Shown piece by piece: positions 30,333 to 40,341 of a stretch of 64,000 nt of DNA (the stretch's first letter is position 1; each line of letters starts with the position of its first letter). Source of the DNA: Tepidamorphaceae bacterium. GTDB taxonomy: Bacteria; Pseudomonadota; Alphaproteobacteria; Rhizobiales; JAKSCL01. The stretch spans positions 373,848 through 437,847 of the forward strand of contig JANQPO010000014.1 of assembly GCA_028289445.1 (NCBI GenBank). The letters are read 5' to 3'. The position numbers and the translations under genes were made by a program. The notes under the pieces are model-generated. The model saw only the letters and a list, made by a program, of their open reading frames with translations, was not told the origin of the DNA and ran no database searches.

Positions 30333-31745
30333 ATGGCCAAACGCGCCGCGCAGTATGTTTGCCAATCCTGCGGATCGACCTTCGCCCGCTGGTCGGGACG
30401 GTGCGACGGTTGCGGCGCATGGAACACGCTGGTCGAGGAAACATCGGCGGGCGATCAGCCGGCCAGTCTCGCGCCCAAGCGAAGCGGTCGCGCGGTCGCG
30501 CTTGAGACCTTGATCGGCCCGACAGAGGACGCACCGCGCCTGGCAACGGGTATCGCGGAGTTCGATCGGGTCACGGGCGGCGGCTTGGTCGAAGGCTCCG
30601 TCGTTTTGGTCGGTGGCGATCCGGGTATCGGTAAGTCGACTTTGTTGATTCAAGCAGCGGCGCGCGTTGCGCAGATGGGAGCGAAGTCGGTTTACATCTC
30701 CGGCGAAGAGGCCACCGCGCAAGTCCGCCTGCGGGCGCAGCGTCTCGGTCTTGCCGATGCCGCCGTTGCGCTTGGCGCGGAGACGAATATCGAGGATATC
30801 CTGGCCACGCTGAAGCCGGATGGCCCGCCGCGCCTACTCATCATCGATTCGATCCAGACCATGTGGACCAGCGCCGTTGACGCCGCGCCGGGCACCGTCA
30901 CCCAAGTCCGAAGTTCGGCGCAGGCTCTGGTGCGCTTCGCAAAGCGCACTGGTTCCGCCGTCATCTTGGTCGGTCACGTCACCAAAGACGGCCAGATCGC
31001 CGGCCCGCGCGTCGTTGAGCATCTGGTCGACGCCGTCCTCTATTTCGAGGGCGATGGCGGCCACGCCTTCCGCATTCTGCGCACTGTGAAGAACCGTTTC
31101 GGACCGACCGACGAAATCGGCGTGTTCGAGATGACCGGCGGCGGACTGAAGGAAGTGTCCAACCCTTCTGCGTTGTTCCTTGGTGACCGCAATCCAGAAA
31201 CCACCGGAACTGCCGTTTTCGCCGGCATGGAAGGCAGCCGGCCGGTGCTTGTGGAGATCCAGGCACTTGTTGCCCCCTCGCCGCTCGCAACCCCACGGCG
31301 CGCCGTCGTCGGTTGGGATTCGGCTAGACTTTCCATGCTTTTAGCCGTTTTGGATGCCCACTGCGGCGTGCGTTTCTCCGGCCACGACGTCTATCTCAAC
31401 GTCGCCGGCGGCTTTCGGCTCAGCGAACCCGCCGCCGATCTGGCTGCCGCAGCAGCTCTCGTCTCCTCGCTCACCCAAGTGCCGCTACCGGTCGATCGCG
31501 TCTATTTCGGCGAAATCTCGCTGTCGGGCGCCGTGCGACCGGCAGGCTTTGCCACTTTACGGCTGAAGGAAGCGGACAAACTTGGCTTCAAGTCCGCAAC
31601 GATATCAGCGACCGGCGCTCTGGACGGCGAAGCGCCGGGTCTGCGGATCGAGCGTCTGGAAACGCTGTCGGCCTTCGTGGCGGAGATCGCCGCGCAAAGC
31701 GTCGCACGTGCCGATCGACCAAAGGATAACGAAACCGCCTGGTGA
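30333..31745 (+). CDS. radA: DNA repair protein RadA/Sms
   Basis: N-terminal zinc ribbon CQSCGSTFARWSGRCDGCGAWNT, Walker A GGDPGIGKST, the KNRFG motif and a Lon-like C-terminal domain. Confidence 0.95.
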   Translation: MAKRAAQYVCQSCGSTFARWSGRCDGCGAWNTLVEETSAGDQPASLAPKRSGRAVALETLIGPTEDAPRLATGIAEFDRVTGGGLVEGSVVLVGGDPGIGKSTLLIQAAARVAQMGAKSVYISGEEATAQVRLRAQRLGLADAAVALGAETNIEDILATLKPDGPPRLLIIDSIQTMWTSAVDAAPGTVTQVRSSAQALVRFAKRTGSAVILVGHVTKDGQIAGPRVVEHLVDAVLYFEGDGGHAFRILRTVKNRFGPTDEIGVFEMTGGGLKEVSNPSALFLGDRNPETTGTAVFAGMEGSRPVLVEIQALVAPSPLATPRRAVVGWDSARLSMLLAVLDAHCGVRFSGHDVYLNVAGGFRLSEPAADLAAAAALVSSLTQVPLPVDRVYFGEISLSGAVRPAGFATLRLKEADKLGFKSATISATGALDGEAPGLRIERLETLSAFVAEIAAQSVARADRPKDNETAW

Positions 31746-31823
31746 CAGCCGGCAATCGCGGCTTGCCGATTTCAAGCGATCGGTGTAGGTGATCCCCATC
31801 CTTTTTCGTTGCAGCGCACACGC

Positions 31824-32465
31824 ATGATTACCGGCCTCGACTTTCTTCTCGTTGTTTTCATGCTGATTTCCGCCGTTCTGGCGATGGTGCGCGGCTTCAC
31901 CCGCGAAGTGCTGGCTATTTTGTCGTGGATCGCGGCCGCGATTGGCACGATCCTGCTTTATCCGCGGTTTCGCGATCTGGCGCGCGAACAACTTCAACCG
32001 GATTGGCTGGCCGACGCGGCGCTGATCGGCGGCGCGTTTTTCCTGATCCTGATCCTTGTGTCCTTCGTGACCATCCGGATATCGGACATCATCCTGGACA
32101 GCCGCATCGGAGCGCTCGACCGCTCCCTCGGATTCGTGTTCGGGCTTGGGCGCGGCTTTCTCTTAGCAGTCATCGCGATCATGTTTTTGAACTGGTTCAT
32201 CCCAGTCAACCGGCAGCCGGGCTGGATCGCCGAGGCGCGGTCGAAACCGGTTCTCGACAATGCCGGAGAAACGCTGGTCGGCATGCTGCCGGAAGACCCG
32301 GAAGCCGATCTCTTCAACACCTTGAAGGATCGCATCCAGCAGGACAGCCAGGCGCCGGCCGAGAATGCCGCGCCGCAGGCCGAGATCGCCGATCGTGGCT
32401 ATGGCACCGGCGAGCGGCAGGGTCTCAATCAGCTGTTAGAGAGTACAGACGCAACGCGGCAATAA
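31824..32465 (+). CDS. cvpA: CvpA-family membrane protein (colicin V production protein-like)
   Basis: Four TM helices. N-terminus MITGLDFLLVVFMLISAVLAMVRGFTRE is typical CvpA. Lies immediately upstream of purF, as in E. coli. ATG at 31824 preferred over TTG at 31809. Confidence 0.85.
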   Translation: MITGLDFLLVVFMLISAVLAMVRGFTREVLAILSWIAAAIGTILLYPRFRDLAREQLQPDWLADAALIGGAFFLILILVSFVTIRISDIILDSRIGALDRSLGFVFGLGRGFLLAVIAIMFLNWFIPVNRQPGWIAEARSKPVLDNAGETLVGMLPEDPEADLFNTLKDRIQQDSQAPAENAAPQAEIADRGYGTGERQGLNQLLESTDATRQ

Positions 32466-32487
32466 GGGCAGCGTGGGGGCTTCTTGC

Positions 32488-33957
32488 ATGACATTCTGGA
32501 TCGATGACGAAGATCTAGATGGCGACACGTTGCGCGAGGAGTGCGGCGTGTTCGGCGTCTACGACTGCGCCGATTCGGCGGCTCTCGCTACGCTCGGGCT
32601 CCACGCCCTCCAGCATCGCGGCCAGGAAGCCGCCGGCATCGTCTCGTTCGACGGCGAACGTTTTCACGCCGACCGGCATTTGGGGCTGGTCGGCGACCAT
32701 TTCTCCAAACCCTCCGTCATTGCCGGTCTTCCCGGCCGTCGCGCGATCGGTCACGTGCGCTATTCGACGGCCGGCGGGATGGCGCTGCGCAATGTTCAAC
32801 CGCTTTTCGCCGAACTCTCTTCCGGCGGCTTCTCGGTTTGCCACAACGGCAACCTGACGAATGCACGCACGCTGCGCCGCGATCTTGTCGAACAGGGCGC
32901 GATCTTTCAATCGACCTCCGACACCGAGGTCATCTTGCACCTTGTGGCCAAGAGTGGACGGGTCCAGTTCATAGAGAAATTCATCGATGCGCTGCGACAG
33001 ATCGAGGGCGCTTACTCGCTGGTGGCCATGACGAACAAGAAGCTCGTCGGCGCGCGCGACCCGCTTGGCATTCGCCCGCTCGTGCTGGGTCAGTTGGAGG
33101 ATAGCTGGATCCTAGCGTCGGAGACATGCGCGCTCGACATCATCGGCGCCACCTATGTCCGCGACGTCGAGAACGGCGAGGTTGTCGTGATCGACGAGGC
33201 CGGATTGCACTCGCATCGCCCCTTCCCGCCCCAACGGTCGCGGCCATGCATTTTCGAGTACATCTATTTTGCGCGACCGGACTCCGTCGTCGGCGGACAT
33301 AGCGTCTATGACGTTCGCAAGAAGATGGGTGCCGAGCTGGCGCGCGAACACGCAATTGAAGCGGATGTGGTGATCCCGGTTCCGGACTCTGGTGTGCCCG
33401 CCGCTGTCGGCTATGCCCAAGCCTCAGACATCCCATTCGAACTCGGCATCATCCGCAACCACTATGTGGGTCGCACCTTTATCGAGCCGACGCAGCAGAT
33501 TCGCCAATTGGGTGTACGCTTGAAACATAGCGCCAATCGGAGCCAGGTCGCCGGGAAGCGCGTTGTGCTTATCGATGACAGTCTCGTTCGCGGCACGACG
33601 TCTGTGAAGATCGTCCAAATGATGCGCGACGCGGGCGCCAGTGCCGTTCATTTACTTCTAGCGAGTCCGCCGATCACGCATCCCGATTTCTACGGCATCG
33701 ACACGCCCGACCGCAGCAAACTAATGGCCGCCAATCATGACATCGAAGGCATGCGCCGGCTGATTGGCGCTGACGGTCTGGGTTTCCTGTCAATCGACGG
33801 GATTTATCGGGCAATGGGCCACGCCGGCCGTGACGCGGCGCATCCGCAATACACCGACCACTGCTTCACCGGCGAATACCCGACGCCACTGACCGATCGC
33901 GACGGCGACGGCGCGCCGGGCAACCGGCAATTGTCGTTGTTGGCCGGAGCAGGCTGA
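32488..33957 (+). CDS. purF: Amidophosphoribosyltransferase
   Basis: Ntn-amidotransferase catalytic Cys in ...EECGVFGV and PRPP-binding motif VVLIDDSLVRGTT. ATG at 32488; GTG at 32473 is possible. Confidence 0.95.
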   Translation: MTFWIDDEDLDGDTLREECGVFGVYDCADSAALATLGLHALQHRGQEAAGIVSFDGERFHADRHLGLVGDHFSKPSVIAGLPGRRAIGHVRYSTAGGMALRNVQPLFAELSSGGFSVCHNGNLTNARTLRRDLVEQGAIFQSTSDTEVILHLVAKSGRVQFIEKFIDALRQIEGAYSLVAMTNKKLVGARDPLGIRPLVLGQLEDSWILASETCALDIIGATYVRDVENGEVVVIDEAGLHSHRPFPPQRSRPCIFEYIYFARPDSVVGGHSVYDVRKKMGAELAREHAIEADVVIPVPDSGVPAAVGYAQASDIPFELGIIRNHYVGRTFIEPTQQIRQLGVRLKHSANRSQVAGKRVVLIDDSLVRGTTSVKIVQMMRDAGASAVHLLLASPPITHPDFYGIDTPDRSKLMAANHDIEGMRRLIGADGLGFLSIDGIYRAMGHAGRDAAHPQYTDHCFTGEYPTPLTDRDGDGAPGNRQLSLLAGAG

Positions 33958-33965
33958 CCGCCACC

Positions 33966-34694
33966 ATGACAGACTTTCGTCTCGACGACCGCGTTGCCGT
34001 CGTCACCGGCGCATCGCGCGGCATCGGCCATGCCGCCGCACTTGAGTTGGCGCGACGTGGAGCGCACGTCGTTGCCATTGCCCGCACCGAAGGCGGATTG
34101 ACCGAGCTTGACGACGACATTCGCGCTCTGGGCGGAAGCGCGACGCTGGTGCCCATGGATTTACGAGACGGCCCGGCAATCGACAATCTCGGCGCGGCAC
34201 TCTACGAGCGCTTCGGCCGGGTCGACATCTTGATCGCCAATGCTGCGATTCTGGGGCCCATGACACCGCTCAGTCATGTCGGACCTGACGACTGGAATGA
34301 TGTTGTTGCAAGCAATCTGACAGCGAACTGGCGCTTGACCCGGTCCCTGGATGCCCTTTTGCGCCAGTCCGACGCCGCCCGCGTCGCGTTCCTGTCTTCC
34401 AGCGCCGCGCGCAACATCCGCGCGTATTGGGGGCCCTATGCGGTCACCAAGGCCGCCCTTGAGGCGATGGCCATCACCTATGCCAAGGAACTGGCAATGA
34501 CGCCGCACAAGGTGAACCTCTTCGATCCGGGCGCGACCCGCACGAAGATGCGAGCCACGGCCATGCCAGGTGAAGACCCGGAGACCGTGCCGCCGGCCGA
34601 GGACGTTGCGGCAGCCCTGATGAAGCTTGTCGATCCTGCCCTGCAGGAAACGGGTCGGCTCTATCGCCAGCGGGACGGCGCGTTCACCGATTAG
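33966..34694 (+). CDS. SDR-family oxidoreductase
   Basis: TGASRGIG cofactor motif, NAA and catalytic YAVTKAA. 242 aa. Confidence 0.85.
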   Translation: MTDFRLDDRVAVVTGASRGIGHAAALELARRGAHVVAIARTEGGLTELDDDIRALGGSATLVPMDLRDGPAIDNLGAALYERFGRVDILIANAAILGPMTPLSHVGPDDWNDVVASNLTANWRLTRSLDALLRQSDAARVAFLSSSAARNIRAYWGPYAVTKAALEAMAITYAKELAMTPHKVNLFDPGATRTKMRATAMPGEDPETVPPAEDVAAALMKLVDPALQETGRLYRQRDGAFTD

Positions 34695-36060
34695 CTTTGC
34701 CGGCGTAGGGATTATCGCCCTTGCGCAGCGTCAAGCGGATCGGCACACCTTCAAGATCGAAGGTTTCACGTAAACCGTTGACCAAATAGCGCTGATAGGA
34801 CGCCGGCAGCGCGGATGGACGTGAGCAAAAGGCGATGAACGTCGGCGGGCGGGCCTTCGGCTGCGTGATGTAGCGGATCTTGATCCGCCGACCAGACGGC
34901 GCCGGCGGCGGGTGTGCAGCCAAGGCGTCGTCGAGCCAGCGGTTGAGCGCGGCGGTGGGAACGCGCCGGTTCCAGGTCTCAAACACGCCAAGTGCTGCTT
35001 CCAGAACCTTCTCGACACCCTTACCGGTCTTGGCTGACATGAAACGCACCGGCAGACCACGCACCTGCGGCAAGAGCCTTGCGGTTTCGATCTCGATATC
35101 GCGGCGGATCGGGCCGAGATCAGACACCGTGTCGGACTTGTTGACGGCCAGAACGAGGCCCCGCCCCTCGCGCACGACCAGATCGGCGATCTGGAGGTCC
35201 TGCTTCTCCAACGGGCTCTCAATGTCCAGCACCAGGATGACGACATGCGCGAAGCGTATGGCATTCAGCGTATCCCCGACGGACATCTTTTCCAGCCGCT
35301 CGGTCACCTTGGCGCGGCGGCGCATTCCAGCGGTGTCGTAGAGGCGGACTGGTTGGTCGCGCCATGTCCAGTTGATGGCGATCGTATCGCGGGTGATCCC
35401 TGCCTCAGGCCCCGTCAAAAGCCGGTCCTCGCCGATCAGGCGATTGACCAGGGTCGACTTACCGACGTTGGGTCGGCCGACGATTGCGATGTGCAGTGGT
35501 CCGTCCGCGTCATCGTCGTCCTCAGCCACCGTACTCTCGGCATCGATGTGCGGCTTGTCTTCCGACAACGGATCCAAGATCTCCGCCAGCGAAGCCTCAA
35601 GCTCATCCAGACCCAGGCCATGCTCGGCCGACACCGCGATCGGAGCATCGAAGCCGAGCGCGTAGGCGTCCAACAGCCCGGCATCGGCCGCGCGCCCCTC
35701 CACCTTGTTGGCGATCAGGATAACCGGCACGCCGGCACGGCGCAGATGATCCGCGAAGATTTCATCGAGGCCGGTAACGCCGGCGCGCGCATCGATGACA
35801 AACAAGGTCACCTGCGCGTCGGCGATGGCCTGATCGGTCTGCGCCCGCATGCGCGCTTCAAGGCTTTCGTCGGTCGCATCCTCGAAGCCGGCGGTGTCGA
35901 TCAAGACGACATCATGTCCGGCGATCGTGGCCTCGGCCTCGCGTCGGTCGCGGGTGACGCCCGGCTGATCGTCGACCAATGCCAGGCGCCGCCCTGCCAA
36001 GCGGTTGAACAGCGTCGACTTGCCGACATTAGGCCGACCGACAATCGCAATTCTGGACAT
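34684..36060 (-). CDS. der: Ribosome-associated GTPase Der (EngA)
   Basis: Two tandem GTPase domains (GRPNVGKST twice, DTAG twice, NKVEG and NKSD) plus a KH-like C-terminus. Confidence 0.95.
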   Translation of the reverse strand: MSRIAIVGRPNVGKSTLFNRLAGRRLALVDDQPGVTRDRREAEATIAGHDVVLIDTAGFEDATDESLEARMRAQTDQAIADAQVTLFVIDARAGVTGLDEIFADHLRRAGVPVILIANKVEGRAADAGLLDAYALGFDAPIAVSAEHGLGLDELEASLAEILDPLSEDKPHIDAESTVAEDDDDADGPLHIAIVGRPNVGKSTLVNRLIGEDRLLTGPEAGITRDTIAINWTWRDQPVRLYDTAGMRRRAKVTERLEKMSVGDTLNAIRFAHVVILVLDIESPLEKQDLQIADLVVREGRGLVLAVNKSDTVSDLGPIRRDIEIETARLLPQVRGLPVRFMSAKTGKGVEKVLEAALGVFETWNRRVPTAALNRWLDDALAAHPPPAPSGRRIKIRYITQPKARPPTFIAFCSRPSALPASYQRYLVNGLRETFDLEGVPIRLTLRKGDNPYAGKANR

Positions 36061-36081
36061 GAGCGTGCGCGCAGCAAGCGC

Positions 36082-37401
36082 CTAGTTCAAGGCGACGAGA
36101 TTCCCCTGCTTGGACAAGACATACATGCGACCGCCGGCCACAATCGGCGGCTGGGTCATGGAATCGCCGACAGCACGCGTCCCGGTCACTGCACCGGATT
36201 GCGGCGAGACGCTGACCAGACGTCCTTGTGTCGAGACCGCCCAAAGGCTGCCGCCGGCCAGCACCGGCCCGGCCCAGGCCTCGCGCTTTTCCTTCGGCAA
36301 GGTCGTTGCCCAGCGCGGTTCGCCGGTCGCCCGGTCGAGCGCTGCCATATTGCCGTCGAGGGTGACGACGAACACGCCATCGCCGGCAACGGCCGGCGTA
36401 TAGGCGCTCGCCACATTGCGGGTCCACAAACGCTCGCCGTTCGACAGTTTGACGGCAATCATGCGTCCGGACACGGAGACGGCATAGACGACGCCATCGG
36501 CCACCACCGGTCGGGCGGAAACGTCATTCAGGCTTGAAACGGCTGAATACCGCGCCGAACGGGTCAGCGCGTCCACCCAGACCGGCTCGCCGCTCGCCGT
36601 ATCATAGGCCATCACCTCGCCGGACGTGAACGGCACCACGACCTTGCCACCGGCCACCGCCGGCGATGCCGAGGTCAAAAAGCCCGCAGACTCAGGGATG
36701 CCGCGATACGTCCAAAGCTCGGTCCCGTCTGCCGCTTTGACGCCATAGACGACATTGTCGACCGAGACGACATAGATCGTGCCGTCCTTAACCGTCGGAG
36801 CGCTACGCGCCGGTGCGTCAAGGTCCTTTTGCCACAGAACCTGACCGCTGGCGGCATTCAAGGCGGCAACCGTACCGAAACCGGTCGCCGCATAGACAAC
36901 GCCGCTTTCAGCCGCCACGCCGCCGCCGGTCGCTCCGTGGCGCCCTTCTTTCTCAGGCTTCAGCGACACCTGCCAGGCACGCCCGCCGGACCCCGCGTTC
37001 AGCGCCGTGACACGGGCCTGAGCATCAAGCACGTAGATGCGCCCTTGATAGACGATGGGACCTGCCGTCGGCGGGCGGCCCTTGCGGCCGACACTTGCGA
37101 TCCCCGTCTTCCAAATCCGGTTGCCGCCACCGGAAAACGACACATGACCCGGTGCGTTGCTGGCGGGACCGCCGGGCTGCGACCAGTCGAAATTGGCTGT
37201 CGCGGCCGGAACCGAGACCGCCACGCTTTCCTGGACGCCTGGATCGACATCCGACGCGGACAAGACCACGGCCTTGCGCTCGCCCGGCAGGATGACGTCG
37301 CGTTCGCCGAACGGGTTCGGGATACCGCCGCCGCACGCCGATACGGCAAGACCAAGCAGCAGCGGAGCGAAGACACGCATGGGCCAGTCCTTCAAAGCCA
37401 T
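36082..37401 (-). CDS. bamB: BamB-like outer-membrane assembly lipoprotein (PQQ-like beta-propeller)
   Basis: Lipobox LGLAVSAC and repeated PQQ-like blades (G.VYA..., G..LW). Conserved yfgM-bamB-der order as in E. coli. ATG at 37401 overlaps the upstream stop (TGATG); GTG at 37404 is also possible. Confidence 0.8.
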   Translation of the reverse strand: MALKDWPMRVFAPLLLGLAVSACGGGIPNPFGERDVILPGERKAVVLSASDVDPGVQESVAVSVPAATANFDWSQPGGPASNAPGHVSFSGGGNRIWKTGIASVGRKGRPPTAGPIVYQGRIYVLDAQARVTALNAGSGGRAWQVSLKPEKEGRHGATGGGVAAESGVVYAATGFGTVAALNAASGQVLWQKDLDAPARSAPTVKDGTIYVVSVDNVVYGVKAADGTELWTYRGIPESAGFLTSASPAVAGGKVVVPFTSGEVMAYDTASGEPVWVDALTRSARYSAVSSLNDVSARPVVADGVVYAVSVSGRMIAVKLSNGERLWTRNVASAYTPAVAGDGVFVVTLDGNMAALDRATGEPRWATTLPKEKREAWAGPVLAGGSLWAVSTQGRLVSVSPQSGAVTGTRAVGDSMTQPPIVAGGRMYVLSKQGNLVALN

Positions 37402-38096
37402 CACTGGGTCTCCGTCTGGTTGTCATCATCTGCCGCGGCAGCGCCATCACCGCCGCCAATGACGGACAGAACGAGTTCGGCACGACCACGGGCATTTTGC
37501 GGCGCCTGCGGATCTGCGGTCAATGCCTCGAACCACGTCCGCGCCGCGTCTTCGTTGCCGGCCCGGTAGGCCGACAGGCCCAAAATCTCACGCGCGAAGT
37601 GGCGCCAAACACCATCGGACGCGGCAAATGGCTCAACCTGCGTCTTCAGCGTGTCGTAATCGGTGCTTTCGATGGAAAGCTGCGCGGCGCGCAAGGTCGC
37701 CAAATCGCGCAGTGTTTGGTCGACCCCATTGTCCGTGGCCACGGCCTCGAACTCGGAGATGGCTCCCTCGCGATCGCCGCGTTCGGCGTTGAGGCCCGCC
37801 GCGCGCAGTCGCGCCAAAACCGCATAGTCGCCCACGCCGCTCGACTCCAGCTCAGTGAGCGCCGATTGCGCATCGGCAAAACGGTCGTCCTGTGCCGCCT
37901 CGATCGCTGTCAGATACTTGTCGCCGGCATCTGCCGACTGCCGTGCCTGCCAGGCCTCCCAGCCCCTAAAACCCGCTGTCGCGCCGACAATCAGCACCGC
38001 CGCGCCGATCAAGAAAACCCCGTAACGGTCCCACAGCTTCTTGAGCTGCTCGCGCCGGAGTTCCTCTTCGACTTCCCTGAGCAGTTGGTCCGACAT
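37401..38096 (-). CDS. YfgM-like TPR membrane protein (ancillary SecYEG-associated protein family)
   Basis: One TM helix (GVFLIGAAVLIVGATAGF) followed by a TPR-like helical domain and an acidic tail. Position upstream of bamB-der matches E. coli yfgM. ATG at 38096. Confidence 0.7.
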   Translation of the reverse strand: MSDQLLREVEEELRREQLKKLWDRYGVFLIGAAVLIVGATAGFRGWEAWQARQSADAGDKYLTAIEAAQDDRFADAQSALTELESSGVGDYAVLARLRAAGLNAERGDREGAISEFEAVATDNGVDQTLRDLATLRAAQLSIESTDYDTLKTQVEPFAASDGVWRHFAREILGLSAYRAGNEDAARTWFEALTADPQAPQNARGRAELVLSVIGGGDGAAAADDDNQTETQ

Positions 38097-38226
38097 GCCG
38101 ATCAATCAATCCTTTTTGCCCCGTGCCACGAGTCGGTCGGTGCAGCGTTCGTTCGATAACCGCCGCAGTGGGGCGAATTCAAGGCCGAACCGCCACCAAA
38201 CCAATAAATCGCATCTAACAACAAAG

Positions 38227-38817
38227 CTATAGCGCGACCAGTGGCACCCCGATAAGCGCCCCATGCGCCCAGAACAAGAACACAGCATAGACCACCAATC
38301 CGCCAACGACGGCGATGACGTCGTGACGGACGGACATCAAAGGGGCTTCTGGCGGCGACGCCGTATCGCGCTTCTTGACCGAGATGCGGTCGACAACCGC
38401 CCAGGCCAAGAATGCGAGAAACAGGATGACTGAGGCGAGGTCGCCATTGGTGAGCAAGTGAGCGAGCGCCCAGACCTTGATGCCAACCAGCATGGGGTGC
38501 TTTAACGCGGTTTTGATGTACCCTGCCTTGCCCGATCCGCCCGATGCAGCAAAGGCGATCATCGATACCAACATGAGCAGGTAGGCGACGTGCCGGGTCC
38601 AGCCTGGCGGATCGTAGAGCAGCGGTGGGCCTTCGGCACGGGCCAAGCCATAGCCCCAAACGATCAACGCGAAGCCGATCAACGACGCGACCGAATATAT
38701 CCCCTTATAGGTGCCCTCGCCGCGAACGGCGATAAATGCCGTCCGTCGCTCTTCGGCGAATATGCGCGTGCTGTGGATGCCCAGAAATATGGCCAATCCA
38801 ATGAGCAGAACAATCAT
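38227..38817 (-). CDS. NnrU-family membrane protein
   Basis: Polytopic protein with N-terminus MIVLLIGLAIFLGIHSTRIF... resembling the NnrU family. ATG at 38817 lies 5 nt after a GGAG SD. Confidence 0.7.
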   Translation of the reverse strand: MIVLLIGLAIFLGIHSTRIFAEERRTAFIAVRGEGTYKGIYSVASLIGFALIVWGYGLARAEGPPLLYDPPGWTRHVAYLLMLVSMIAFAASGGSGKAGYIKTALKHPMLVGIKVWALAHLLTNGDLASVILFLAFLAWAVVDRISVKKRDTASPPEAPLMSVRHDVIAVVGGLVVYAVFLFWAHGALIGVPLVAL

Positions 38818-39103
38818 CAAAGGCTCCGTTTCGGAACTTCAATACGTGCGATCAGTGCAGCCTTGGCCACATGGCTTCCAGCACATTGCCATCGATTGCC
38901 ACCAAATCGGCCGTCGTTGTCCGATCGCTAACGAGATTGCGGGCATGATATAGCCGCCGTGCGGACCTAAACCAAGCGCTTTGCACAGACTGCGACAGCA
39001 AGTGCATGTCACCGGTGATTGGCGCAACATGGCGCCGAAGTGATAGACTCTGGATCGTGCATGATCGTTGGTTGCCCTCAAAAAGACCCGATAAGGCAAA
39101 GCC

Positions 39104-39442
39104 ATGCCGAAGGATATCGCGCTCGCCCGTAAACGCCTCACGGACCGCAAGGCGGAACTTAACGACCTGCGCACGATCTCGGAGGAGTCACGCGCCGCCG
39201 TTACCCTCGATCAACAGTCTGTCGGCCGCCTCTCGCGGATGGACGCACTTCAAATGCAGGCCATGGCGCAGGCTCAGGAACGCCAGCGCGCGGCCGAACT
39301 TCAGCGGATCGAGACCGCTCTGGCGCGTCTTAAGAGCGAGCCCGACGAATATGGCTATTGCGACGAGTGCGGCGAGGAGATCCCCGACAAACGCCTGGAG
39401 ATCGATCCCGCCGCCACACGGTGCGTCACCTGCGCCGAGTAA
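39104..39442 (+). CDS. DksA/TraR-family C4 zinc-finger protein
   Basis: 112 aa with a coiled-coil N-terminal half and the C-terminal motif CDECGEEIPDKRL...ATRCVTC. Confidence 0.85.
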   Translation: MPKDIALARKRLTDRKAELNDLRTISEESRAAVTLDQQSVGRLSRMDALQMQAMAQAQERQRAAELQRIETALARLKSEPDEYGYCDECGEEIPDKRLEIDPAATRCVTCAE

Positions 39443-39451
39443 GCCCGTGCG

Positions 39452-40105
39452 CTATTTCTCGAAGACGGGAACGTTGCAGCACCCCTCAAGGGCCGAGGCC
39501 GCGCCGCCACCGCGAATGAGAAAGTCGATCGACATGGGATAATCGCGGTCGCTCGCGCCATCGGAGCAAATTTGCCGACGGATGGAGGCAGCCGCCTGAT
39601 TGCCGTCGACCTCGGCCCAGACATAGTCCGCGTTGGGACGAGCCTCAAAGGCGCCGGATTCCGTGATGTTGAGCGTCATTGCAGGCCCGCCAAGAGCCTC
39701 GAACGCCAGCTTATCTGTGCCAATAACCTCTACGGACCAAAACGGCTCAACACCGCCGCAGCGCAAACTCGACGCCAGCCGCGTTCCGGGAACGACCGGA
39801 ACGGCAAACGGCGACAGAAAGTTCATCGAGACCCAACCGTTGGCTTCCTGAAAAACGATACGACCCCAATCGCCTTGCCGCTCGAAGATCTCGATCGGAA
39901 AGGCGTTGGGTTTCAGCTCTCCGAGTATGGCCGATGAGGCGTTCGGCTCAGCACGCACATTCAAGGTGTCGTCATCGGCGACGTTGGTCACCTTGAAATA
40001 TTGGGGATCGGTGGGCTCGTGATCCGCTTTCGTCGGCCCGGCGAGGGCGAGCCCGGCAATGACGGCTATTGCAACGGCTTTAGGCGAGATACGAAATCTG
40101 GTCAT
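39452..40105 (-). CDS. Secreted SH3b-domain protein with Cys-containing C-terminal domain of unknown function
   Basis: Signal peptide (...LALAGPTKA). SH3_3-like segment LNVRAEPNASSAILGELKPN...GDWGRIVF..ANGWVSMNFL. C-terminal domain begins CGGVEPFW and ends EGCC. Confidence 0.65.
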   Translation of the reverse strand: MTRFRISPKAVAIAVIAGLALAGPTKADHEPTDPQYFKVTNVADDDTLNVRAEPNASSAILGELKPNAFPIEIFERQGDWGRIVFQEANGWVSMNFLSPFAVPVVPGTRLASSLRCGGVEPFWSVEVIGTDKLAFEALGGPAMTLNITESGAFEARPNADYVWAEVDGNQAAASIRRQICSDGASDRDYPMSIDFLIRGGGAASALEGCCNVPVFEK

Positions 40106-40302
40106 TGGACGTCATCCCTGTTCGAGGCGGCGCCGGATGTCCAGCCCGCTATTCCCCACGCCCCCAATCGCCGCATGATCGTATCATGCCACGGCTAGAG
40201 CGTTTCGTGGAGTGGTGGAGATCACAATTCAAACAAAAGGGAACGAGCATGAGGAAAGAAAGCTGCGTTCCGCCGACGCTGACATGAACCGTCGAGTGCG
40301 AT

Positions 40303-40333
40303 GCCGCGCCGACCGGGTTGCAGTCGGCGCGGC
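40303..40333 (-). terminator. 11-bp GC hairpin just downstream of the 40342-41097 gene (possible terminator)
   Basis: gccgcgccgac (40303-40313) pairs perfectly with gtcggcgcggc (40323-40333), with a 9-nt loop, 9 nt after the stop codon. No U-tract on either strand. Confidence 0.35.
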
Positions 40334-40341
40334 AGGCTTGG

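Noticed and set aside
35245-36537. 430-aa plus-strand ORF.
   Set aside because: It is antisense to der and the 3' part of bamB, both of which have strong family motifs. Its composition is low-complexity and Arg/Gly-rich.
38839-39174. 111-aa Cys-rich minus-strand ORF in the nnrU / dksA-like spacer.
   Set aside because: It overlaps the start of the well-supported DksA/TraR gene on the opposite strand. It has no SD and noise-like composition.
40249-40287. 12-codon mini-ORF (MRKESCVPPTLT) with an AAGGGA SD-like sequence, considered as a leader peptide.
   Set aside because: There is no downstream plus-strand gene for it to regulate, since both neighbouring genes are on the minus strand. It is probably fortuitous.
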